From Lama glama (taxonomy: Eukaryota), in contig CM052839.1 in assembly GCA_028534125.1 (NCBI GenBank), forward strand, positions 45,632,001-45,696,000: 64,000 nucleotides of DNA. The letters are read 5' to 3'. Positions 11,923 to 24,079 of the stretch are shown in pieces. Each line of letters opens with the position of its first letter. The stretch's first letter is position 1. Below the pieces are notes generated by a model. The model made no database searches, was not told where the DNA came from, and worked only from the letters and a program-made list of their open reading frames with translations. The position numbers were made by a program, and so were the translations under genes.

Positions 11923-13737
11923 CAGGTGAGGGAGGAAACAGGTGGGCCACCGAGCAGGCCGGTTGCCAAGGGGAAAGCTGGAAACTCCCAGAGTGGCCGC
12001 TGGGTGGCAGCCTCATGTCGCCGACAGCCAGCAGCGCTGGAGCCGGCTGTGCAGACAGGCTGGGTGGTGGCAAAGGGTGTGGCCAGAGATGGGGGTGCCA
12101 TCAGCAGGGACCCTCTATGCCAGGCTGCCTTCCAGGGTGAAAGGAGGGCGAACAAAGGGAAAGTTGGCTGGAAAGTTTTCCAGCAACAATAATGGTCTGG
12201 AAAGTACAAAACTCCGAAATGCCAGGGCGCAGATCCCATGCAAGCCGCCCGCCTGGCGGAGGGGAGCCCAGGTGTCAGAGACAGGGTGCTGCGCCCGGGG
12301 TTGGCGGGGAGAACTCTGGCTCTAGGGCAGCGTTTCCTCCGCACCTGCCACCTTCCCGGAACTCAGCGAGACTTGGGGACAGGGATGCGACCCAGGTCCA
12401 CAGCCGGACAGTCCACCAGCATCACCAGCACCCAGAGCACGCCACTGGGCAGACGGGAGAGAGGATGCAGACACCAGGGCCTGGCCCACGAGCGGCTGCC
12501 AGCCAGGCACGGGGGCGGGTAGGGGCGCCCTGGGGGGGCTCACACGGGTGACAGGTGATCAGGCCTGGAAGGGCCAGCAGGGTGACTGGGCGGAGAGCAC
12601 AGAGCCATTTCATGTGGTCTGAGTGCTCACTGAGGAAGACAGACGGTGAGCGAGGCCAAACTGTGGCCAGTCTGCCCCACCTGGAGGGTCTATCCGGACT
12701 CCCGCTGGGGACAGTGGGGATTTTACAGCCGGGTCAAGACCCCAGCAGACTGTGCGGCAGTGCGTGTAAAGAAGGCTCTGCCTGCCTTTGGTGAATAATT
12801 TTGGGGGTGTGATGGTAGGGTCCAGGTGGGACGGGGAGGGCTACAAGGAGTAGGCCTGTAGAGGGGGCCGTCACCACAGGCCTCAGCGGCACTGGACACA
12901 GGGTATGGTGGAGGGGTGCTGAGGGGCCTCTGGGTCTCTGCACCCCATCAGCCTCCAAGCCCCCCATCCCATCTTGCTCTGCGTGCGACCAGGTCCTAAC
13001 ACCCAAGCCAACGGGGTCTAGCTTTATTGTCCAGACCCCATGAAGGTGACCAGGAAGCCACCAAGGGGCTCCCTCTCAGCCTGCACCCTAGCACTGAGAT
13101 CCCCCGTGAGGGGCCTGGAGGACCAGCCTCCGCAGGGGGCGCTCCTGGCAATAGTGATTAGCTCCCGGGACATCCTGCACCCTGGGCGGGGGGCCACTCC
13201 TACAACAGGACCCAGTGCCCAGGCTCATCCCCAGACCTCTGTGGTCCCTGGAGGAACAGTCACTGTGGACTCTGCAGGGTGTCCCCTCCTGGGGGTCCAC
13301 CAGGCCCTGGTCAGGGTCAGGGTCAGGGTCAGGCTGGACCCTAAAGCGTTTCCTGTTCCCATCCATTTATCCTTCCAGCCAATGAGTGGAGTTTCCCACA
13401 ACTCACAAACAGAATCATCTTCTCTGATGCGGCACATTTGCAAGCACTAGCCTTGGTGACAGCAGGAGCCGTGACGCAGCCCTAGGGCAGGCAGTGAATG
13501 CATGGCCTCCCCTCCGATGAGGACCCAGGGGAGCATGCGCCCCGGGTGGGCGCCGCGCGAGGCAGCGGAAGCCGGGGAAAGAGCAGGCGTGCGCTGCCGC
13601 CTGGGATTGGGGTGGGGTCCCGCTGGGTTGGGCTCGTGGTGGTTGGTGACTCAGCTGGTGCTGGGGGCGGTCACTCCCGGGAGTTACCCAGGGACACGAC
13701 GGGCACCCACCGCCCTGCATCTTAAGACTTCAGAAAG

Positions 13738-14330
13738 CTTATTGTGGTAAAATACAACAACGTAATGAATAACATAAATGCATAATAAACAAAGTAAAAC
13801 TGACCGTTTCAAGAGAACACTTCAGGAGGATTAAGCACATTCACACTGTTGCCCAAACGCCATCTCCAGGGGACTCCTCCCATCTCCCCCAAACGAAACT
13901 CCCACTAAACCCTAACCTCCATCAAACCTTCCCCGGCCCATGGCACCCACCCTCCTGTCTCTATGAACCTGGCACCTCTGGGTCCCCGACAGGAGTGGAA
14001 TCCTACAGGATTTGTCCTTTGGTGACGGGCTGGTGTCACTGAGCACAGTGTCCTCAAGGTCCATCCGTGTCGCAGCAGGTGCCAGAATGTACTCCCTTCT
14101 TAAGCTGAATAAGATCCCGTTACATGGATGGGCCACACTTTGTCTATCCGTTCATCCATCGGTGGACACACGGGGTGTCTCCAGCTTTCGGCTGCTGTGA
14201 ACAGTGACTCTGTAAACACAGACACACAAGTAGCTGTTGGAGTCCCTGCAGTCGCGTCTTCTGGGGACACACCTAGTGGAACTGCTGGGTCACGCGGTGA
14301 TTCCACGTCCAAGGTTTTAAGAAGCCTGTG
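13738..14330 (-). mobile_element. L1MB-like 3' region, antisense
   Basis: TTATTGTGGTAAAATAC...GTGGAATCCTACAGGATTTGTCCTTTGGTGACGGGCT...TTTGTCTATCCGTTCATCCATCGGTGGACAC. Confidence 0.75.
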
Positions 14331-17300
14331 TCTCAAGTCTTTGACGCTGACACCAGTCTCAGCTTCTACAAGCCCTGATCCAGCGGGGGGTCCTATGGCT
14401 CCTTGGCTTACTTGGTCCGAGGGCCAGCTCAGCCCCTCTCTGCAGCTCGGGAGAGATCCGAGTGGTCTCCCTTCTCCCGAGTGCAGCCGCCTGAGCCCAG
14501 GCTCAGGTCTGGAGTGTCAGGGAGGCAACGCCCACCCTTGACCGTTTCGGGGGATAAAGGCCAAACAACGCCGTCCCCGGCTGCCCGCCGCCTGCTCCCC
14601 GTGCGGGCCCCTCCAAGCGGCCCCAGGACCCCCGGCAGAACCCACACCCTCATGACGTCCTCTCCTGCACGTGCGGACTGGAATTACTGACTTGCCTCTG
14701 ACGGGAAGCAGGTGGCAAAGGGACGTCCCTTTCCACACTGGTTACCAAAGATCATGGCGCCATCTTGCTCAGGCCCGGAGGGAGGAGCCGTGTGTCCAGC
14801 CAGCAAGGACCTGAGGGTGTGACGGCCACGCGGGCCTGGATCCTCCCTCCTGGCACTTTCCTTACTGTCCTCCGTCAGCTGCTGGTTCTCCTGCAAAAAC
14901 ACCCCCAGCCCTCCTTGTTTTCTGCAGGCGCTGTGGTCCCCTAACTCCTGGGAGCTATGCCAGCAAGTCTATTAGGACCAATTTCAGTCATCCTTTCCAG
15001 GATTTGAAAAATGCCGCGTATCAGTACCCTGCACCCCCAGCCCAGTTCCACCCACCCCCTCCCAGGTCCTCGATTTCCCCTTCTCAGGGGTCCCGCAGGT
15101 GCACGCCTGTCCTGCACAACTCCCTGGAGAATAGCCCATCTCTGCCCGTGGAAGAGCACAGGTGGGCTCCGGGGACGCCGGGGCGAGCGGTGACACAAGG
15201 ACGGAGCAAAGCTAGTCCAGGGAGGCCGGCCAGGTCGCATGTGCACCCGCCGTGCACTCCTGGGGGACGGGGGGGCTCAGTGCTGGGGGACAGGGGAGCC
15301 ACCAAAGGCAGTAAGGACACAGGTGGTGGGAAGAAGCGAGAACAAGCCTCACGTGCTGGTGCTTCCGGGCGAGTCTGACTCGAGCAAAGTTCCAGGTTTA
15401 ACTTCCTATAGTGGCTTCCCCGGTCCTCACCCGGTCCCCCGGCCCTGCAGGACCCCTCCTCACCTTTTCCAGCCTCTTTGTCACCCCATGCACTTGGCCT
15501 GGCTCATCCTGCAGGAGCCAGGGACCATGCCCCCGCCACTCCCACCTTGCCTGGGCTGAACATCCCAGCCTGATGGCCCAGATGGGGGCCTGGGCTCGTC
15601 TGTCCCCCACAGCCAGGCCTCCCGGGTCAGGGGCTGTTTGCCATCCTGCGCCCCCGTGCCCAAGCACCACCTGTCGCCTGCCTCCCCGGCCTCTTGGGCA
15701 GTGCTACCCGGCCCCCAACCCCACTGCCTTGTCACTGACCCGAGCCTGGCCCCATCCCCTGCCCGCTGCCACCATCCCTCTAAATGGCTTGATTTGATCA
15801 AGCCATGCTGGATGGCACCCAATGTGGCTTTGCCAAGCATAACCACCTTGATGGTGGCTTGGGGCGAGAGGCAGCTGGCAGACGGAGGCCAGGACCCAGG
15901 TGTCCCCTGGGGTGGGGGTCACTCAGGGAGAGAACAATGCGGCAGGGGGAAGATGCTGCCCCCTTGGCCCAGCCCTGCTGCACATGGCCGGGCCCCTCCC
16001 CAGACAGGCTCTGGTAGCTGAAGACCCTGGGCTGGCCACCTCACCTCCAGAGCCTCAGGCTCCCCATCTGTAAAATGGGGGTCATCACAGGGACTGGCCT
16101 CCAGGCCCGGTGTCCCACCTCCTCCACCTCGGTTGAGGGGCCTCGGGCAGGCTGGGGTTCCTCTGTTTCCTTCTCTGAAAGGGGCCGACCCCCATCACCA
16201 CCCACTCGTTGGGAGGATTCAGATGACATGTGGGTGGGGGTGACCCGGGGCCTCGCCCGCAGGGGAGCTGCGTGAACCCTGGGGCAGAGCTGACACTCCC
16301 AGGATGTGGACACTCCAGGACAGGTCCTGGGAGCCCCAGAAGCTGTCTAGACTTGGGGGTGACTGTGGCAGGCACAGTCATGGGAGGCCTGGCCTCTCCA
16401 AGTCCCGGGCCCCCTGACACCTCTGGGCACGCACAGCGGCCACCAGAACCTCACTTAATCTTGAGGCCGCAGATAGAGGCTGGAGGGGAGTTCGGAGGGG
16501 GTGGTCCCTGGCTTCAGGAGGAGAGTGGGCGTCCAAGAGGCACAGAAGGCCCTAGTGAAGGCCAAAGAGGGGCAGCCTTAGCCGGATGGGGGCTCACGGT
16601 TTTGGACATGTGTGGGTCTTGGAGAGGGGCTCAGGCCAGCGTACAGCCGGGACCACGGCAGCAGGGCCTGGGAAGGCTGCTGAGGCCCGGAGAGCAGCAG
16701 GACCCCTGCGCACCTGCACATGTTTCTTTTGTAATAAAAATCAAGGCCAGGGAGGGGAGGCGTCAGCAGGTCAGGAGGGAAGGATGCTGACCACCTGGGA
16801 CGAGGTTCAGAGAGGAAGGCGCCGTCTGCTCCCCGCACCCCCACAGACGTGCACCCACACCTTCATCCCCCGCCCCGAGTGGAACCTGTGGGGTGTGCAG
16901 GGGACAGACGCAGGATGTCACTGGAGCCTCCAAGAGCCGGGCCTTCGTGGAGGGCCTGGCGGCCCCTCGTGGCAGCCCCCAGGGCATCCTTGCTCCTCCA
17001 ATGCTTCCAACCCAACCGGAGACTTGGAGAGGGCGGTGGGCATCCGGGGGCTTCCGGAGGAGGGGTGGGCTGGGCAGTGGCAGCTCCCCTGGGGCCACAC
17101 AGCTGGCTCCAGGGTGCCGGGAATGGTGCCAGCAGCTGGCTCCCAGAGGCCTTGGCTATGAACTTACACGACTAAAGAGCCCCGCTGGGAGGGAGGCCTC
17201 TTGAAGGGTTTTTAAATCTCTGCCTCTGGTAGAATCCGAACCAACTCAGGCTAGGAGAGGAGGGGCCTGGGCTTGGCGCTGCCCCAGTAGGAGGGGTCCA

Positions 17301-17586
17301 CCCCACCCCAGACACGTTTCTGCCAGGCAGCGACCCCGCACCTCTTTGCTTTACTTTAAAAAAATACATTTGCACGCATTTAACAACAAAATAGAACCTA
17401 GTATCGGTGAAGATGGGTAGCAACCAAGAGTCCTGCTGTCGGTGGAACCAAGGACCGCCCGCACGCTCCCGCCTGCGCCCTCCGCCTGCGCCCTCCGCCT
17501 GCGCACCCCCCCCCAGCCCGAGGCCTCTGAACGGCAGCGGCAGCAGGAAGCCAGTGCGGCCTCTGCTTAGAAAACTGACTCTGCAA

Positions 17587-17690
17587 GGGCGTGCAGCTCA
17601 GCGGCAGACTGCGTGTTTCGCACGAGGTCCTGGGTTAGCTCCCAGTACCTCCACTGGAAAAACAAAACGAAAAGTTTTTTAAAAAAATTG
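17587..17690 (+). mobile_element. tRNA-Ala-derived SINE, diverged
   Basis: GCAGCTCAGCGGCAGA...GCACGAGGTCCTGGGTTAGCTCCCAGTACCTCCA plus A tail. Confidence 0.7.
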
Positions 17691-19430
17691 AATTTGCAGT
17701 TAAAAGCCTTCCCACAAAAAGACAGCTCCCGGCCCAGTGACCTCTCCCAACATCTGAGGAGGCAGTAACACTGGCTCCGTACAGACTCCCAGGAAATAGA
17801 AGAGGAAGGAGTCATTTCAGCTCATTCGACGGAGCCAGCACCATCCTGAAGCCACGGCCAGACAATTTTCTTATTACCAGAAAATAAAATTACACACTAA
17901 CATCCTTGATAAACACAGATGCCAAAATCCTTAATAAAATTTTAGCAAATCGAACCCAGAAATATACAAAAAGGATAACATTTCATGACCGAGTGAAACG
18001 TATTCCAGGAATTCAAGGCTGGAACAACGACTGAAAACCAGCATAACCCGCCGCAGCAACAGACTAAGGGAGACAAACGCAAAGATCAGCTCTTAAGAAA
18101 GAAAAGACGTCCGAAAAAACTCAACACCCATTCGTGATTGAAAAAAAGACCCTCTCAGCAAACTGAGGATGAACAGAAACATTCTCAAATCAATTAAGGG
18201 CATCTCTGAAACCCCTGTGGATGACGTCATACTTACTGGTGGAAAATGGAATGCTCTTCCCGCAAAGACTGGGACTAAGGCAGGAGTATCAGCTCTTGCC
18301 GCTTCTTCTGAACTTTCTTCTGCAGGTCACAACCCACACGATCAGTCACTGAACAATAAGTAAAAGGCAGACAGCTCGTAAAGGAAGGAACGTCCCTTCT
18401 CACAGACTGCACAGTCCTCTTTGTAGGAAAACCTAAAGACTCTACAAACCCAAGGAGAACTAATAAAGGGGCTTAGCAAAGTCATAGGATACAAAACCAA
18501 TATACAAATACATTAATTGCGTTTCTATAGACTAGCAACGAGCAACTGGAAACAGAAATTTTACAAAATGACCATTGACCATAGCATCAAAAATCATGAA
18601 ATGCTGTCCCTTACAAAAACATATATAAGATTTGCATACTGGAAAATACCAAACATTGCTGAGAGAAATTCAGGAAGACTCGAATAAATGAAGAGATACC
18701 CCTTGTTCACGGACAGGAAGATTCAATGTTAAGATGTCTTTTCCCCCCAGATTAATGTATAGATTCAACTGAAATTCGATCAGAATCTTAGGAGGCTTTT
18801 TTTAGTAGCAGTTGGCAAACTGATTTTAATATTCAAATAAAAATACAATGAACCTACAATACCAAACATTTTTGGAAAAGAATAAAGTTGAAGTCCCATT
18901 ACCTGATTCTAAGACTTAGCTGTAAAGCTAGGTAACCAAGAGGCTACACACAGCATCGGCATAAACACGGACAGAGTAGAGTCCAGAGAGAGACATGGCG
19001 TTTACGGTCAAAGGTGCTGGAGTAATTCGGTGAAGCAAGGATAGTCTTTTCAGTAAATGATACTGGAGCGACTGAAGGCATCTCCCGCTGTGCCACGTGT
19101 GCACCAAGTTAGCGCTCCTGACCATTTTAACAATATTGATTCTTCCAATCCAGGAGCATGGGATAGCTTTCCATTTTTTTAAAGTCTTCTTTCATTTCCT
19201 TAATCAGTTTTTTTATAGTTTTCCATGTATAAGCCTTTCACTTCCTTGGTTAGATTTACATGACGGAAAAGTCTGATATTCGGACTTCATCAAAATTAAA
19301 AACGTCTGCTCTCTCTGAAAAGCCATGAAGAAAACGGGAGAGCAAGCCACTGAATGGGAGAAAATACTTACAAAATGCGTATCTTTGAAGGACTCATCTC
19401 GGAATGTAGAAGTAATTTGTAAAAGTCTAT
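17690..19430 (+). mobile_element. Old L1 ORF2 (RT region) body, AT-rich, with an inverted L1 insert at 19119-19258
   Basis: ACAGATGCCAAAATCCTTAATAAAATTTTAGCAAATCGAA, TCAACACCCATTCGTGAT and GATAGTCTTTTCAGTAAATGATACTGG. Many stop codons. Confidence 0.85.
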
Positions 19431-19440
19431 TTTTTAATCA

Positions 19441-19645
19441 CTATATATAAAAATAGATATAAAACAAATTTGTGCTGTACAGCATAGGAAAGTATATTCA
19501 ATATCTTGTAATAATCTTTAAGGGAAAAAATATGAAAACAAATGTATGTGTGTACATGCATGACTGGGACATTGTGCGGTGCACCAGAAACTGACACATT
19601 GTAACTGACCGTACTTTAAAAAAATTATTAAAAAATACAAAAATT
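19441..19645 (+). mobile_element. Younger 5'-truncated L1 3' end
   Basis: CTATATATAAAAATAGAT...GTATATTCAATATCTTGTAATAA...CACCAGAAACTGACACATTGTAACTGAC plus A tail. Confidence 0.8.
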
Positions 19646-19661
19646 TTTAAAAGTCAGTTTT

Positions 19662-19816
19662 TTTGGGGGGGAGATCATTAGGTCTTTTTTAAAATAATTT
19701 TTTTGGGGGGAGGTAATTAGATTTACTTATTTATTCTTGGAGGAAGTACTGGGAATGGAACCCAGGACCTAATGCAGTTATGCATGTGCTGTGCTACTTA
19801 AGTTATACCCTCCCCC
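19662..19816 (-). mobile_element. tRNA-Ala-derived SINE with a duplicated 3' tail
   Basis: Head at 19740-19816 and two GGGGGGAG..ATTAG tail units. Confidence 0.8.
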
Positions 19817-19944
19817 TAAAAAAGCCAATTTTTAATGAGAGATTGTAACAGGTGATTTATAAAAGAAGACAGCAAAGAACCCATGAAGAGATGCTGACCA
19901 TCATTAGTTACCAGGGAAACAAAAGCGAAAACCGCAGCAGGGGT

Positions 19945-20107
19945 GGGGAGGACACAGCACAGCGGTAGCGTGTGCTCAGCGTGCACGAAGTCCTGGGTTC
20001 AATCCCCAGTGCCGCCATTAAACAGACAAACCTAGTAACTTCCCCCCTCCAAAAAAAAAACCCCCAAAATAATAAAAATTAAAAAACAAAAGAAAACAAA
20101 AAAAAAA
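19945..20107 (+). mobile_element. tRNA-Ala-derived SINE (first of a tandem pair)
   Basis: GTCCTGGGTTCAATCCCCAGTGCC plus a long A-rich tail. Confidence 0.8.
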
Positions 20108-20122
20108 TCGACGAACCAGAGA

Positions 20123-20236
20123 GGAGGAGGGTGTAGCTCAGTGGCAGAGCACGCGCTTAGCATGCAGGAGATCCTGGGTTCAATTTCCAGCAACCCTATT
20201 AAAAAAACAAACAAACAAAAAAGAAACTAAAAGAAA
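20123..20236 (+). mobile_element. tRNA-Ala-derived SINE (second of a tandem pair)
   Basis: GGGTGTAGCTCAGTGGCAGAGCACGCGCTTAGCATGCAGGAGATCCTGGGTTCAAT plus A tail. Confidence 0.85.
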
Positions 20237-21549
20237 CCCAACGAACAAGAGCCACCTGGTCAGCACGAACCCAGCCCCAAAGCACAATGTTGAGCAGAAG
20301 AGCAGCTGCTGGCAGATATATCATCGGCCCTGTGCCTTGAGAGCACGCCTGCCACGGACCTCAGGCGTCCTCTCCACAGTCACTCACGTGTAACCGGGGT
20401 AGGAACACCCAGTGCGGGGCAGTGGGTGGCGTGGGGGGCGGGGCGGGCAAGGAAAAGGAAAAGACCCCTGAGGGCCGCGGTCTCCTCTCTCGCCGCCCCC
20501 CCCCCACCGTCGTACCTCCTCCCGGCGCTCAGCACAGCCCGTCGCCCTAAGGGCACACCCACCTGCCAGGTCCTCGGTCTCTGCCGACGTCCGCTGCCTT
20601 CTGCGTCCCAGCGCCCAGGACGGCGCCTGGCACACAGCAGGGGCTCATGAACATGCGCTGGAGGAATGGATGCAAGTCCTGATTTGTGCTGGGAGCAGCA
20701 CACGTGATTCATGAGATACCTCCCGTTCTGTTTTTGTGCTGAGCCTTCAAAATCCAATGTCTTCTCGACTGGACGGCACCCCGCTCTGTGCTGGGAGGCT
20801 CAGCCCCGGAGCTTCTTAAGAAGGGCCTCGTGGGAGGCAAGCCGCGTCCTCTGGTGCCTGCCCATCTCCTGGAGACCGAGGTTCGCTTTCTAGAAACCCC
20901 CAGTATCTTCTCCTTCTGATGACACTGAAATTTCACAACAATGCAACATCGTGGGGTTTTTGAATCCGTTCCTTGGTCTGCAGTTTTTATTGTGCTGGGA
21001 GCTTGGCAGCTCTTCCACTATGGAGGTTCTGGGAAGAGCCCTGTACTATTTCTTCACACTGGTCCTCTGTCTCTTTCTGGAACCTCTGTCCCTTGTCAAG
21101 CACTAGACCTTCCGCAGAGACCCTCCACCATCCCTCGTCTTCTCTTCCCCGGTTTCTGTCTCTCAGATGTTTGTTCTTTCTTCTGTGAGTTCCTCAACTA
21201 TTTCTTCCAACCCTTCTATTAAGTTTTAACTTTTTTCAGATACTGTATTTTGGACTCACAAGGACTCTTTCTTGTTCTCCGAAGTGGGTCTCACGGGTGC
21301 CTTGCCCCTTCCTGTCCGAGGTGATCCCGGTGCTGAGAGCGTCTCTGTAGCTTTCTCCTGGCCCCCACTCACTGTCCTCCTGTGTCCGCTCTTCCGCTGG
21401 CTCTCGGTCTCTCCTACGTCCGAGCGAGGCCCCAGGATGCAGCTTGGTGCCCATGCCATGGGCCTCTGGCTGCACCCTTTTTGATTCCTGTAGCCTGTGA
21501 GTGGTTGAGGAAAGCCTCGTAGATCCACACAACAGAATACCAAGTACCC

Positions 21550-21630
21550 AGCTCTCTGTATTTTCTGCTCAATTCTGCTGTGAACCTGAAACTGCTCTAA
21601 AAAATAAAGTATTAATTAAAAGAAAAATTT
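21550..21630 (+). mobile_element. L1MC/MD-like 3' terminus
   Basis: CTCTCTGTATTTTCTGCTCAATTCTGCTGTGAACCTGAAACTGCTCTAAAAAATAAAG. Confidence 0.6.
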
Positions 21631-21958
21631 GCCAAAAAAACCCCCAAAGCAATACCAAGTGCCCAAGGTGCTTAGAGGACCTGTTATTAAGATGGGGAAA
21701 TGAACGCTTATGTCACCAGCTGCGCTGAGAAAAGCTGGATGCAAAGCTCTGCCAAAAGCAACACACTGCCAACGCATAGTAAAGGGGCCCTGTGACGCCA
21801 GCAGCTGCTCCGGCCTCCTTACCTGCAGCCCTGCAGTTTCTGGGCCCTGGCGCTCCCTCCCCAACCCCCGGTCCCTCTGCTCTGGGGTTCTGCCCAGCGC
21901 CACTCAGCCTGGCCACTCCTTTCTCGGCCACCTGTCATCTCCCGCCAGAACTTGAGCA

Positions 21959-21989
21959 GCAGGCAGGCAGGCAGGCAGGCAGGCAGGCA
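21959..21989 (+). repeat. (GCAG)7 microsatellite
   Basis: Read directly from the sequence. Confidence 0.9.
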
Positions 21990-24079
21990 CCGGGCCTCGT
22001 GGGCAGTACCAGCTCGCAACCCTCGATCAGATGCCTAAACGGAGCCCTGCTGGTGCTCCCTCCGGAGCCCACCGCACAGACAGGCAGAGAGCACCCCCGT
22101 ACCTTGGGGGAGAAGCAGGCAGACGGCAGCCCTCTCACCCGGGCCTGCCCTGGACCCAAGGGCCGGCACACTTCCAGGGAGTGCGGCCTCCATCGGGACC
22201 CCTGGGGACTCGGTGGTGGACCAGCCCCTTCTTCAGTCCACAGGCGTCCTGTGCTCCGTGAGGAGGCCCAGCCCCTCCAGTCCCACTTCCCGCTGTTTAT
22301 GTCTTATGAATTCACTTATGCACACAGAGGGGGCCCAGCGCAGGGAGGGGCCCTCACCCTATCTGTTCCTCCCCCTCCACTCCCCACTGTGTCCACACAT
22401 CTCAGGTATGTTCTCCCCACATTTCAAACACTCCACGTGTGTCCTGTCACACCTCTTCCCTCCTGGAACCCAGCTCGGCCTCCCAGTGCCTACCCCAGAC
22501 TGCTGGGCCTCCACCCAACCCGAACGTACTCAGGAAAACAAGGTCCAGAGAGGGAAGGGCCTTTCTGAAGATCACACAGCCGGGAGGACCCTCCCAGCTG
22601 CCCAGATCCACCCCATGTGCATGAAGAACCGGGAGCATCTCTCCGATCCTCACAGCCCCCCAGAGCAGTCCCAGTCCCCCCCTCACAGGCCAGAGTGGCC
22701 CAAGATCACAGCCACGGGGAGAGTCGCAGGCACCTACCCAGATGGGTGCTGCCTCTCTCCCAGAGGTGGGGGGAGAGCTGGAGGAGGGGGGCGGGGGGGA
22801 GAAGAGGGGGAATGGGGGACTTAGGGCACCAGCCTCAAAGGCTGCCCTCCCCCAGCACGTGCGAGGACAGTCTTTGCAAGCAGCACCAGACCTTCTGACC
22901 TTTGCCTCTGTCCTTTGCCTCCAGCCTGTGCAAAAACCAAGACAGAAAGGCTGCTCTGAGGGCAGGGCTTCAGGAGGCCTGGTAAGAATGGGGGTCTGAG
23001 GGCACCCCAGGAGCGCCCTCCTCTGGGGCCTTCAGACAGTGGCAGGGCAGGCATGCGGAGGCCAGGTGACAGAGCAGGAGTTACCTGGGGCATCTCGAGG
23101 GCCCTGGGGCCAGCTACAGCTCTGCTCTTGGGGCTGGAGGGCGGGAGAGCTGTGGACGGCGGGGATTACCGGTCCCAATGTCCCCCTGAAGTAGAAGCAG
23201 AGTCGGGAGAAGGGCCCCCAAGACAAAGGGCAGCACCTAACAAAAGAGCTGACCCAGCGGGCTGGGAAGGGCACCCCAAGGTGATGGTGGCCCAGATGGT
23301 GGTTGACAGCGGAAAGGAGGCCCAGACGGATTCCAGAGAAACGCGACACGGTGAATTAGGATGTGGTGATGCCCTGGAGACCTCAGGAACCCTGCCAGGT
23401 GTCTAGTAGGTGGGTGGGCAGGGGAAGTGCGTCCAGGAGGTGGGAGCGGGTCAGGGGAAAGGGATCCCGGTGGGGGCCTGGGCATGTGGCAGTGGAACAC
23501 AGGGAACTCTCTGAAGAGAGGAAATGGTGGGGGTGCCAGCCTGGAAGCCATAGCCATGAGAGAACTTTCCAGAAGGAGTACTTGACCACGTGTGTCCTGG
23601 GAAATTGAAGGCCAGGGAAGATGAGGACCCAAAGTGTCCACAGGGTTTGGTGACCCTGAGGTCACTAGGGGCTGAGCAAGGACTGCTAGGGTGTGCATGT
23701 TGAGGGGGGACAGGTGGCAGGTGAGGAAGAGAAGGGGTCCTACAACAGGGGCTGAGACGCTGGCTTCAGACGTGGCGTGGGAGGCGAGGACGTCCTCCTG
23801 ATGGTGAGTCTGGGAGCAAGAGTCTGGGAAACGACTGAGCGACCCCTTGCAACAGGCCCTTCGGAGGAGGAGCGATGGGGGTGCCAGCCAGCAGGGAACA
23901 GGAGGGACGCGTGTAGGTGCTGGATGAAGGGTGCTGAAGGGGGCTTCAGGGAGATGACCCGGGGCAGGCGGAACCCAGGGTTAAAGGGGCACCTCGGGGA
24001 TCTTTCTTCCCTGCCTGGCCTCGGCTCAGCCAGTGCAGGGCCTTGGCCCCGGACTCCAGTGCAGCCTGCTCTGGCGCGG

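Noticed and set aside
1316-20236. tRNA-Ala-like sequences as tRNA genes
   Set aside because: They are mutually diverged, have broken stems, A-rich tails and TSDs, so they are SINEs.
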